Shown here: piece after piece, positions 1-6,845 of the stretch | Position numbering within the stretch: position 1 is the stretch's first letter | How the letters are laid out: every line of letters starts with the position of its first letter | Source of the DNA: Acaryochloris marina S15 | GTDB taxonomy: Bacteria; Cyanobacteriota; Cyanobacteriia; Thermosynechococcales; Thermosynechococcaceae | Length of the DNA stretch: 24,000 nucleotides | Direction of reading: 5' to 3' | NCBI RefSeq assembly: GCF_018336915.1 | Contig: NZ_CP064923.1 | Location: 1,396,818 to 1,420,817 of the forward strand | Made by a program: the position numbers and the translations under genes | The notes under the pieces: generated by a model | Database searches by the model: none | What the model saw: only the letters and a program-made list of their open reading frames with translations | What the model was told of the DNA's origin: nothing

Positions 1-1365
1 CTCCAGGTACAAGAGTCTGAATTCACGACTCAGCTATTCAACTACAGAACTCAGTTAGATACTGAAAAGACCAATGCCCTAGCCGATGTTCAGGCCCTGA
101 CTGACAATGCCTCTACTCTGCTGGTAGACCTAAAGACAGAGGTGCAAACGACCCAAGAGCAGGCGGTTCAAGACCTCGAAGCGCTGACCCTACAGGTGTC
201 CAGTCAGCTGGCCGACTTGAAGACGAATTTGCAAGGTTCCCAAGAGCAAACCCAGCAGTCTTTGCAAGCCATAGAAGCGAAAACAGAACAGGATCTAGCG
301 ACCATTACAACGGATGCCCAAGCTCGCAAAGATCAGATTCTCAAACAGCTAGCAGCCCTATCTCCAGCCCAGCTCGCTGGAGACGCCGTGGCAGAAATTG
401 ATCAGAAATTGCAGACGGCATTGGGGCCTTTAGAGCGCCTACAGGCCAATCATCCCGATCTATTCCTGGATGTTGCGGACTATATCCGGCAAGGAGACGA
501 GCTACTAGCGAACAGCAATTTCCGCCAGGCCCTCTCTGTCTATAATCAGGCGTTGGAGCTAAAAGCCGATGATCCTCAACTTTGGTGCCAACGGGCCGAA
601 ACCCAGAGCGGGCTAAAGCTGTTTGAAGAAGCTGTCGGCTCCCTAGATAAAGCGATTGAGCTGACCCCAGAGGATCCTAAGCTTTGGCAACGCCGAGGCC
701 AAGTGTTGAAGGACTTACAGCGATATGAAGGCGCGCTCGGGGCTTTCAAAGAAGCGGCAAAGCTGCAGCCGGAAGAGCCCCACAACTGGATGGACTGTGG
801 CACTTTACTAGAGCGTCTCCAGCGCTGGGATGAAGCCCTCTCTACCTATGACCGTGTGATTGCCATTGAACCGAACCATCGCAATGCCTGGATGAATCGA
901 GGATTTGTGATGGGCATCCTCCAACGTCATGAAGATGCCTTTGCCTCGTTTGATCATGTCGTTCAACATGAATCTGAGGATGCTGCTGCCTGGTTGAATC
1001 GGGGATTAGCTCTGCAAGTTTTAGAACGCCATGAAGAAGCGTTTGAGTCCTTTGAACATACCGTTAATCATAAGCCTGAAGCCTATAAAGCCTGGAGCCA
1101 TCGAGGGTATGCCCTGATCAAGCTAGAACGTGATCGTGATGCTCTGGTTAGCCTCAACAAAGCCCTAGAGATTAATGCGGATTACCCCAATGCTTACTAT
1201 GGCAAAGCAGTCTGCTATGTCCTCCAAGGTGAGACAGCCTTAGGTTTAGAAAATCTAGAGCGGGCCATCAAGCTGAACCCAAGCTTTCGAGAACAAGCCC
1301 GCAGTGATACTCACTTCGTTGATTTTCGTGAGGATGAATGGTTCCGTGAACTGGTCAACCGCTAA
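1..1365 (+). CDS. TPR-repeat protein with an N-terminal Gln/Thr/Leu-rich coiled-coil region; the 5' end runs off the window
   Basis: Frame 1 has no stop codon from base 1 to 141, and the same Q/T/L-rich repeat theme continues there. The GTG at 142 used by the track is therefore probably internal. The C-terminal ~290 aa are consecutive ~34-aa TPR-like units (W..RG..L..L.R..EA..SFD.A....P....AW.NRG). The double stop TAATAA at 1363-1368 is followed by a hairpin. Confidence 0.8.
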   Translation, partial: LQVQESEFTTQLFNYRTQLDTEKTNALADVQALTDNASTLLVDLKTEVQTTQEQAVQDLEALTLQVSSQLADLKTNLQGSQEQTQQSLQAIEAKTEQDLATITTDAQARKDQILKQLAALSPAQLAGDAVAEIDQKLQTALGPLERLQANHPDLFLDVADYIRQGDELLANSNFRQALSVYNQALELKADDPQLWCQRAETQSGLKLFEEAVGSLDKAIELTPEDPKLWQRRGQVLKDLQRYEGALGAFKEAAKLQPEEPHNWMDCGTLLERLQRWDEALSTYDRVIAIEPNHRNAWMNRGFVMGILQRHEDAFASFDHVVQHESEDAAAWLNRGLALQVLERHEEAFESFEHTVNHKPEAYKAWSHRGYALIKLERDRDALVSLNKALEINADYPNAYYGKAVCYVLQGETALGLENLERAIKLNPSFREQARSDTHFVDFREDEWFRELVNR

Positions 1366-1376
1366 TAAAGCCTTAA

Positions 1377-1416
1377 ACAAAAGCCCTTCACCAATTGCTC
1401 AGTGAAGGGCTTTTGC
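1377..1416. terminator. Bidirectional rho-independent-type hairpin between the convergent TPR gene and ftsH
   Basis: An 11-bp perfect stem, aagcccttcac (1381-1391) pairing with gtgaagggctt (1402-1412), closes a 10-nt loop. An A-run lies on the left and a T-run on the right, so it can act on both strands. Confidence 0.7.
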
Positions 1417-1435
1417 TATGGAAGTTCAACTAGGA

Positions 1436-3337
1436 CTAGAGAGCGACAGGCTCCTGTTCATCCGCAGTCTGGACATGGACTTCAGGATGGACCTTAGCCA
1501 GCATCTCCCGGAGACCATCGCCCTCAATCACTTCCTTCTCCAGCAACTGCTCAGAAATCATCTCCAGCAATTCCTTATTTCCCTTCAGGATAGTCAGCGC
1601 TTCCTGGTGAGCCGTCTCCACAATGCCCTTAACTTCCTTATCAATCGCCTTGGCCGTCTCATCACTGACAGCACGGCGAGCATTCATCCCCCCACCGAGG
1701 AAGTTATTCTGCTGCCCCTTGTCATAAGCTAGAGGACCTAACACCTCACTCATGCCGTAAGACGTCACCATCTGCTCCGCTAGATCCGTCGCTCTTTGTA
1801 AATCATTAGAAGCACCCGTCGTGATACTACCGAAGATGACCTCCTCTGCAGCCCGTCCACCTAACAGAGTGGCAATCTGACCGCGCAGCTCAGCCTCATT
1901 CAACAAGAACCGATCTTCCGTAGGCACTTGCAACGTGTAACCCAAGGCAGCCATACCGCGAGGAACAATGGAAATCTTCTCCACTTGATCTGAACCGGAC
2001 ATCTTGGCCCCGACAAGGGCATGACCGACCTCGTGGTAAGCCACAATCTTCTTCTCCTTCTCATTGAGCACACGGCTCTTCTTCTCTAGACCAGCCACCA
2101 CTCGCTCAATCGCTTCAGCAAAGTCTTGAGTCTCCACCACCTTGTTGCCGCGTCGGGCTGCTAGTAGTGCCGCTTCATTCACCAAGTTGGCTAAGTCAGC
2201 CCCGGCAAAACCAGGAGTACGAGTGGCCATAGCCTTAAGGTCAACATTGTCACCGAGCTTCACTTTCTTGGCATAGATTTCCAAGATAGCCAGACGACCC
2301 GTGAGATCAGGACGGTCTACCAGTACTTGACGGTCAAATCGACCGGGACGCAGTAGTGCTGGGTCTAAAGTCTCAGGACGGTTAGTTGCAGCAAGAACGA
2401 TAACAGTTGCATCTCCAGCCCCAAACCCATCCATTTCAGTTAGGAGCTGGTTGAGGGTTTGTTCCCGCTCATCATTCCCGCCGACAAAACCATTTCCACC
2501 AGACCGAGATTTACCAATGGCATCCAATTCGTCAATAAAGATAATGCAAGGCGCTTTCTTCTTAGCTTGTTCAAACAAGTCCCGGACTCGGGCCGCACCA
2601 GTACCAACAAACAGTTCTACAAATTCTGAACCCGAGATACTGAAGAACGCAACCCCAGCTTCACCGGCGACAGCCTTAGCCATCAACGTTTTACCCGTTC
2701 CCGGAGGACCCACTAGAAGAACACCCTTGGGAATCTTGGCACCAATATCAGTGAAGCGCTTAGGAGACTGGAGGAACTCGACAATTTCTTCGAGTTCAGC
2801 TTTAGATTCTTCTACACCAGCAACATCATCAAAGGTGACCTTATTGTCATCGCCTTCGACATAGACTTTGGCTTTGTTCTTAGTCACAGACAGAGCACCT
2901 TGGGGACCACCACCGCCCATGCCACCACGACTAAAGAATTGGAAGATGGCGACGAAGATAACGGGGGGAATCACCCAGCTTAGTAGGGTGGTGAACCAGC
3001 GATTGCTTGGAGGAGGCGTGGCTGCGAATTCAACGCCTTTGGATTCGAGGAGCTTGGGGAGTTCTAGGTCAAAGATAGGAGTGGTTTCTAAAAGCTGAGC
3101 TTGTTCAGCTACTCCCTCTTTTAGCTTGTAACGAATTAATTTTTGCCCCACAGACACTCGGGCAACCTGCTCATCTCGGACTTGTTCAATGAAGAAGCTA
3201 TAGGGAACCCGTGGCACTCTAGGACCCATGACATAGGGTAAGGCCAAATTTGCAATTAACAAGATTGCAGGTAGAAATAGCAGCAGACTTGTAATTAGGT
3301 TTGGACGGGGACGTTGAGGCTTGTCTTTAATCGGCAT
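1436..3337 (-). CDS. ftsH: ATP-dependent zinc metalloprotease FtsH
   Basis: 633 aa with an N-terminal TM segment. Motifs seen: AAA+ Walker A GPPGTGKT, Walker B IIFIDELD, second region of homology [18 protein letters not shown], and Zn site HEVGHA. Confidence 0.97.
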   Translation of the reverse strand: MPIKDKPQRPRPNLITSLLLFLPAILLIANLALPYVMGPRVPRVPYSFFIEQVRDEQVARVSVGQKLIRYKLKEGVAEQAQLLETTPIFDLELPKLLESKGVEFAATPPPSNRWFTTLLSWVIPPVIFVAIFQFFSRGGMGGGGPQGALSVTKNKAKVYVEGDDNKVTFDDVAGVEESKAELEEIVEFLQSPKRFTDIGAKIPKGVLLVGPPGTGKTLMAKAVAGEAGVAFFSISGSEFVELFVGTGAARVRDLFEQAKKKAPCIIFIDELDAIGKSRSGGNGFVGGNDEREQTLNQLLTEMDGFGAGDATVIVLAATNRPETLDPALLRPGRFDRQVLVDRPDLTGRLAILEIYAKKVKLGDNVDLKAMATRTPGFAGADLANLVNEAALLAARRGNKVVETQDFAEAIERVVAGLEKKSRVLNEKEKKIVAYHEVGHALVGAKMSGSDQVEKISIVPRGMAALGYTLQVPTEDRFLLNEAELRGQIATLLGGRAAEEVIFGSITTGASNDLQRATDLAEQMVTSYGMSEVLGPLAYDKGQQNNFLGGGMNARRAVSDETAKAIDKEVKGIVETAHQEALTILKGNKELLEMISEQLLEKEVIEGDGLREMLAKVHPEVHVQTADEQEPVAL

Positions 3338-3370
3338 GGTTCGCTCCCTAACTTTTGATAAATCGCTTGT

Positions 3371-3598
3371 TCAGGTGGCTGGAGAAGCTCCCACTTTATT
3401 TGAAGACTCTGTACGTTCTAACCATTCAAATACTTGGTTTAGTTGCTTAAGAGAAACAAAGCCAAACTGCCAAAGAATGATGGGAAGTTGACTCGAAAGA
3501 TGATGTTGCTGGCGAATCGCAAGTGCGATCGCATCAGCTGGGATCAACAGCTCGTCTCGCAAGTATCGAATGAGTTTGGTTTGAGCAGAATAGTTCAT
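3371..3598 (-). CDS. Small conserved cyanobacterial protein, DUF2949-like
   Basis: 75 aa. The pattern LI.YL..EL.I...AI.LA.R......LP..LWQ.G...L.QL...F.WLE matches my recollection of the DUF2949 family. It lies 33 nt upstream of ftsH on the same strand, so it is probably co-transcribed. Confidence 0.6.
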   Translation of the reverse strand: MNYSAQTKLIRYLRDELLIPADAIALAIRQQHHLSSQLPIILWQFGFVSLKQLNQVFEWLERTESSNKVGASPAT

Positions 3599-3740
3599 GG
3601 TTGAGAGTCGTCAAGGGAGTAAGGCGGAGATTGAATCTCTAAGTTTTGAAGGCAACTTTCTTCATCGTATCGATTTCAGTAAAAATCCACCTTGGACAAT
3701 CGAAATATCAATGTTTTAGGCTGGGCGACATTAAATCAGT

Positions 3741-3938
3741 TTAGGCAAGGAGACCTAAGCGCTTGCCATTATCACGGGCAAGACGAATCCAGCTTTGGCG
3801 CTGAGTCCGTTCAATACCAATTTGATTGCAGAATTTGGTAATGGCTTTTGAATGCAGAGCGATCGCTTTGCCTCTGAGTTTGGTAAATCGAGGGGTACCA
3901 ACAGCAGTGCGAGTAAGAACAACGATAGGTGCAAACAT
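3741..3938 (-). CDS. pgr5: PGR5 (proton gradient regulation 5)-like protein of cyclic electron flow, homologue of Ssr2016
   Basis: 65 aa, MFAPIVVLTRTAVGTPRFTKLRGKAIALHSKAITKFCNQIGIERTQRQSWIRLARDNGKRLGLLA. This is close to the recalled Synechocystis and plant PGR5 core (MFAPIV..R...G...F...RGKAIALH...I..FC...G....QRQ.LIRLA..NG..LGLLA). I chose the ATG at 3936-3938 because it is preceded by GGAG. The track's start at 3998 lies inside the predicted -35 box. Confidence 0.85.
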   Translation of the reverse strand: MFAPIVVLTRTAVGTPRFTKLRGKAIALHSKAITKFCNQIGIERTQRQSWIRLARDNGKRLGLLA

Positions 3939-3949
3939 AGTGGACTCCG

Positions 3950-3998
3950 TATGTAACGTTATGTTAACCATACTAATTAAAATGTTACGAATTGTCAA
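3950..3998 (-). promoter_or_regulatory. pgr5 promoter with a degenerate HLR1-like direct repeat
   Basis: Read on the minus strand: TTGACA (3998-3993), a 17-nt spacer, then TAGTAT (3975-3970). This is followed by TTAACATA-AC-GTTACATA (3967-3950). That has one mismatch to the HLR1 consensus (G/T)TTACA(T/A)(T/A)-N2-(G/T)TTACA(T/A)(T/A) and covers the expected transcription start. Confidence 0.55.
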
Positions 3999-4624
3999 GA
4001 CTGAGTTTGACTTTTAATGAAGTCTCTGAAGTGAAATCTATTTAGCTAAAAAAGAGGCTCCAGTTAAAATAAAGAGAGTTAAATAGCTAATTAAGGATTT
4101 TTATAAGATATAAATCGTTTATTTAATAATTTTTGCTTTAATTTCAGCTCTATATTTTTTAGAATACAGTCTAATAAGGTGTACTAATGCTGTTATTCAA
4201 GAATTTTTATAACTCAAATTTGTAAAGTATTTTACAAAAAGCACGGTTAATGTAACGTCATTGTGAACTGAATTGGGGTTGGTTTGAATCTATTGCGGTC
4301 CCGCTGCTAGCAGAAGAGATTAGCTCACAATCGTAAATTACAGGTTTAGGAGTGCAAACGTTTGCTCTACCCCATCTGTTTGTAGCAGCGTTGAGTGACC
4401 TAGCCTCTGAATCATCGAATAAGGCTGGCGAACTGAGAGTGATCCCCCATGAGAAAATTTCCCGTCTAGGCAAAAGCCTATCGGGATTGGGGCTAATACC
4501 AATTAGCACCTAAGAGTGTAATTTTGATTATTTGCTAAGCCAACTCAGTCTTGGATTTCACAAGTTTGAGAGTTACACCTTCAGGCACAGCTTGGTATAA
4601 GACTGGCGGGAGGTGTTCTCGCGA

Positions 4625-5581
4625 TTAAATAGCCATATATTCTTGCAGCATCACTTTTTGCGATCGCAAAATCTTAAAGGCTTCTCGCTCCACCCGGCGG
4701 ACCCATTCTCGGCTGACGTTCAGACGTTCTCCCACCTTGGCTAAGGTCAGTGGATTTTGGTCAATCAAGCCGTATCGCAACGTAATCACTTCCCGTTGTT
4801 GGGGGCTAAGATCCTGTAACAGCTTCGTTAAATCAGACCGTAGCGAAGAGGCCGTGGCATATTTATCTGGAGATTCATTCGGATCTTCCAGCAATTCCCA
4901 CAGTTCTGTATTTTGCTGGTCACCAATCTGAATATCTAAGGAAATGGAGCGGCGAGCGTAGCTGAGGTAGTCCTCAATTTTTTTAGGGGGCAGATCCATC
5001 TCTGCTGCCAGCTCCGCCACAGTGGGGTCGCGATGTAGTGTTTGAGACAGTTCGCGTCTTACCTTGCGCAGTTTACTGAGCTTTTCATTGATATGAATAG
5101 GGAGGCGAATGGTTCGTTCTTGTTCTGCGATCGCACGGGTCATGGCTTGGCGAATCCACCAGTAAGCATAAGTAGAAAAGCGATAGCCTTTCATCGGGTC
5201 AAATTTCTCGACACCTCGTTGGAGGCCAATTGTACCCTCTTGAATTAAATCCAAAAATTCAACTTTAGCTTTGTTGTACTTCTTGGCAATCGAGACCACC
5301 AGGCGCAAATTAGATTCCACCATTTTGCGATTGGCTTTTCGGCCTAACTTCAGCTCTTTCTGGAGTTGTGAGACCGATATCTCAGCTTTGTCCGCCCATT
5401 CTGCCTGTGTGGGTTCTCGATCTAAGTGCTCTTGGAGGCCCTGTTTGAGATCTTGCAAAGTCATAAAACGTTGTACCTGTTTGCCAAAGATGATTTCCTC
5501 TTCGTGATTCAACAGAGGAAACCGACCTATCTCTCGTAGATAGGTCGTAATGGAATCTTTGCTAACAGATGAATTGTTCAT
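4625..5581 (-). CDS. RNA polymerase sigma factor, sigma-70 family, group 2 (SigB-E / RpoD3-like)
   Basis: 318 aa. Region 1.2 is TYLREIGRFPLLNHEEEI, region 2 is NLRLVVSIAKKY..KVEFLDLIQEGTIGLQRGVEKFDPMKGYRFSTYAYWWIRQA, and region 4 is LTLAKVGERLNVSREWVRRVE. The short N-terminus is typical of cyanobacterial group-2 sigmas. Confidence 0.93.
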   Translation of the reverse strand: MNNSSVSKDSITTYLREIGRFPLLNHEEEIIFGKQVQRFMTLQDLKQGLQEHLDREPTQAEWADKAEISVSQLQKELKLGRKANRKMVESNLRLVVSIAKKYNKAKVEFLDLIQEGTIGLQRGVEKFDPMKGYRFSTYAYWWIRQAMTRAIAEQERTIRLPIHINEKLSKLRKVRRELSQTLHRDPTVAELAAEMDLPPKKIEDYLSYARRSISLDIQIGDQQNTELWELLEDPNESPDKYATASSLRSDLTKLLQDLSPQQREVITLRYGLIDQNPLTLAKVGERLNVSREWVRRVEREAFKILRSQKVMLQEYMAI

Positions 5582-5608
5582 GTCTACGGAGAGTTGAGAT
5601 TATTGGAT

Positions 5609-5635
5609 ATAAAAGACCCCAGCGTAAAGCTGGGG
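5609..5635 (-). terminator. Hairpin plus T-tract downstream of hli-1, lying only ~30 nt upstream of the sigma-gene ATG
   Basis: On the minus strand: CCCCAGC-tttac-GCTGGGG followed by TCTTTTAT. The stems are 5617-5623 and 5629-5635. Confidence 0.65.
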
Positions 5636-5702
5636 CTAATAGACAAGGAAGAAGAGAATATTGGGGGTAGCTATATATTTCGCAAGCTACCCAAGCTGAC
5701 AT

Positions 5703-5855
5703 TTAGAAATTTAGTAAAGCTGCAACTTGACCGACAATCCCTTGACCAGTCATGACTTCAGTCACGATGGCTAGGAAGAAGCCCATCATTGCTAGACGAC
5801 CACCAAAAGTCTCTGCAAAGTCGGTGAAGCCCCAGATTGGATTTTGTGTACTCAT
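5703..5855 (-). CDS. hli: High-light-inducible protein (HLIP / small CAB-like protein), one-helix chlorophyll-binding family
   Basis: 50 aa, MSTQNPIWGFTDFAETFGGRLAMMGFFLAIVTEVMTGQGIVGQVAALLNF. It carries the CAB/HLIP helix motif E..NGRLAM.GF. I chose the ATG at 5853-5855 because it is preceded by GGAG. The track's start at 5924 lies inside the -35 box. Confidence 0.9.
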   Translation of the reverse strand: MSTQNPIWGFTDFAETFGGRLAMMGFFLAIVTEVMTGQGIVGQVAALLNF

Positions 5856-5884
5856 GTCGTTTGACTCCGTAATCGAAATAACCT

Positions 5885-5924
5885 TATGTAAATAAATGTA
5901 ACTGCTCTTGTAACGATTTGTCAA
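5885..5924 (-). promoter_or_regulatory. hli-1 promoter with a perfect HLR1 (RpaB-type) site overlapping the -10 box
   Basis: Read on the minus strand: TTGACA (5924-5919), an 18-nt spacer, then TACATT (5900-5895). The HLR1 site GTTACATT-TA-TTTACATA spans 5902-5885 and fits the consensus exactly. Confidence 0.75.
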
Positions 5925-6011
5925 GCATTTGTGTAATCTTTTTTCAACCGTTCTCTAGATATGGGTGAAGTAAATACATTGCTCCAGTTTGCATTGCATT
6001 TTGTAGATAAT

Positions 6012-6035
6012 AAAAAACCCAGCGCAATGGCTGGG
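6012..6035 (-). terminator. Rho-independent terminator of the hli-3/hli-2 transcript
   Basis: On the minus strand: CCCAGC-cattgc-GCTGGG followed by TTTTTT. The plus-strand A-run is 6012-6017 and the stems are 6018-6023 and 6030-6035. Confidence 0.7.
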
Positions 6036-6203
6036 CCTGGATGAGAGTGATAACACTAATAACTAAATATGATTAGAGAACTCATAACCGATTTACGGAT
6101 AGAATTCTTCATTACGTAATCAAGGTCGCGGTAACCTTAATCTTTACTGCTTGCCCAGCTAAAGTGAGAGGAGAGACAAACACTAGCGGGTGGAAAGAAT
6201 TTC

Positions 6204-6353
6204 TTAGAAGCTAAACCAAGCGATGAGCTGGCCCAGAATACCTTGACCTGTCAAGGCTTCAGTGATGATGGCTAGAGTAAAGCCAATCATAGCGAGGCGA
6301 CCATTCCAGGTTTCGGAAAAGACGCTAAAACCAGAAGAAGGTTGAGTATTCAT
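6204..6353 (-). CDS. hli: High-light-inducible protein (HLIP), not present in the ORF track
   Basis: I translated this by hand: 49 aa, MNTQPSSGFSVFSETWNGRLAMIGFTLAIITEALTGQGILGQLIAWFSF. It has the E..NGRLAM.GF motif, an AGGAG box 9 nt upstream of the ATG, and stop TAA at 6204-6206. Confidence 0.88.
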   Translation of the reverse strand: MNTQPSSGFSVFSETWNGRLAMIGFTLAIITEALTGQGILGQLIAWFSF

Positions 6354-6416
6354 TGTGATTTAATCTCCTAAATAGTCAGCTTGTAATTCATAAAAGGTCG
6401 AGAGCAAAATAGCGGC

Positions 6417-6560
6417 TTACATCAAGCCCCAGAAATGCAAAACGCCTTTACCTGTGACTAGCTCAATTACGATGGCGGCATAGAAACCAACCATGGCTAA
6501 ACGGCCACTCCAAGCTTCAGCAAAGGGATTAAATCCGAAGAAATTATTAGAGGTATTCAT
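6417..6560 (-). CDS. hli: High-light-inducible protein (HLIP), not present in the ORF track
   Basis: I translated this by hand: 47 aa, [47 protein letters not shown]. It has the motif E.WSGRLAM.GF and a GGAG box upstream. It lies 63 nt upstream of the previous hli gene, so the two probably form an operon. Confidence 0.88.
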   Translation of the reverse strand: MNTSNNFFGFNPFAEAWSGRLAMVGFYAAIVIELVTGKGVLHFWGLM

Positions 6561-6590
6561 GTGTGTGGACTCCGTGGAACTCATGTGTGT

Positions 6591-6637
6591 TGTAACCTTA
6601 TGTAAATTAATGTAACAGCAACATAAAGAAATGTCAA
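6591..6637 (-). promoter_or_regulatory. hli-3/hli-2 promoter with a triple HLR1-type direct repeat overlapping the -10 box
   Basis: Read on the minus strand: TTGACA (6637-6632), a 17-nt spacer, then TACATT (6614-6609). The repeats are GTTACATT-AA-TTTACATA-AG-GTTACA (6616-6591), giving three units with 10-bp periodicity. Confidence 0.75.
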
Positions 6638-6845
6638 CGAAAATCTCTAGTTTTTAGGGTGCGATCGTCTTCGAGCTGCTGTAATTCTTTACAGGCTTAG
6701 TTTTTAGCTGCTTTATGAATGCTTGACTAGCCGTTGTCGATCATTATCAAGCGAGAGATCGAGACAGGCTTTCTCCACACAGATCTAGAAAATGCCTCAC
6801 CGTGTTCCAAATATCAATCGCTATGGGGCTGTCGGCTAACGAAGC

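Noticed and set aside
1418-3098. Plus-strand ORFs 1418-1732, 2451-2864 and 2868-3098
   Set aside because: They are entirely antisense to the well-supported ftsH gene. Their low-complexity Ser/Pro/Arg-rich translations are typical of shadow frames.
4258-4509. An 83-aa GTG-initiated ORF from the track
   Set aside because: It has no recognisable motif, no Shine-Dalgarno sequence and an odd composition rich in Ser, Pro and Arg. I reported the region as an unexplained segment rather than as a CDS.
4737-5507. Plus-strand ORFs 4737-4931, 5042-5248 and 5271-5507
   Set aside because: They are antisense shadows of the sigma-factor gene and have no motifs.
5703-5924. The 73-aa extended version of hli-1, and likewise the 85-aa extended pgr5 ORF at 3741-3998
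   Set aside because: The extended starts fall inside the predicted -35 boxes and upstream of the HLR1/-10 elements. The internal ATGs have GGAG boxes and give proteins of canonical length, 50 and 65 aa.
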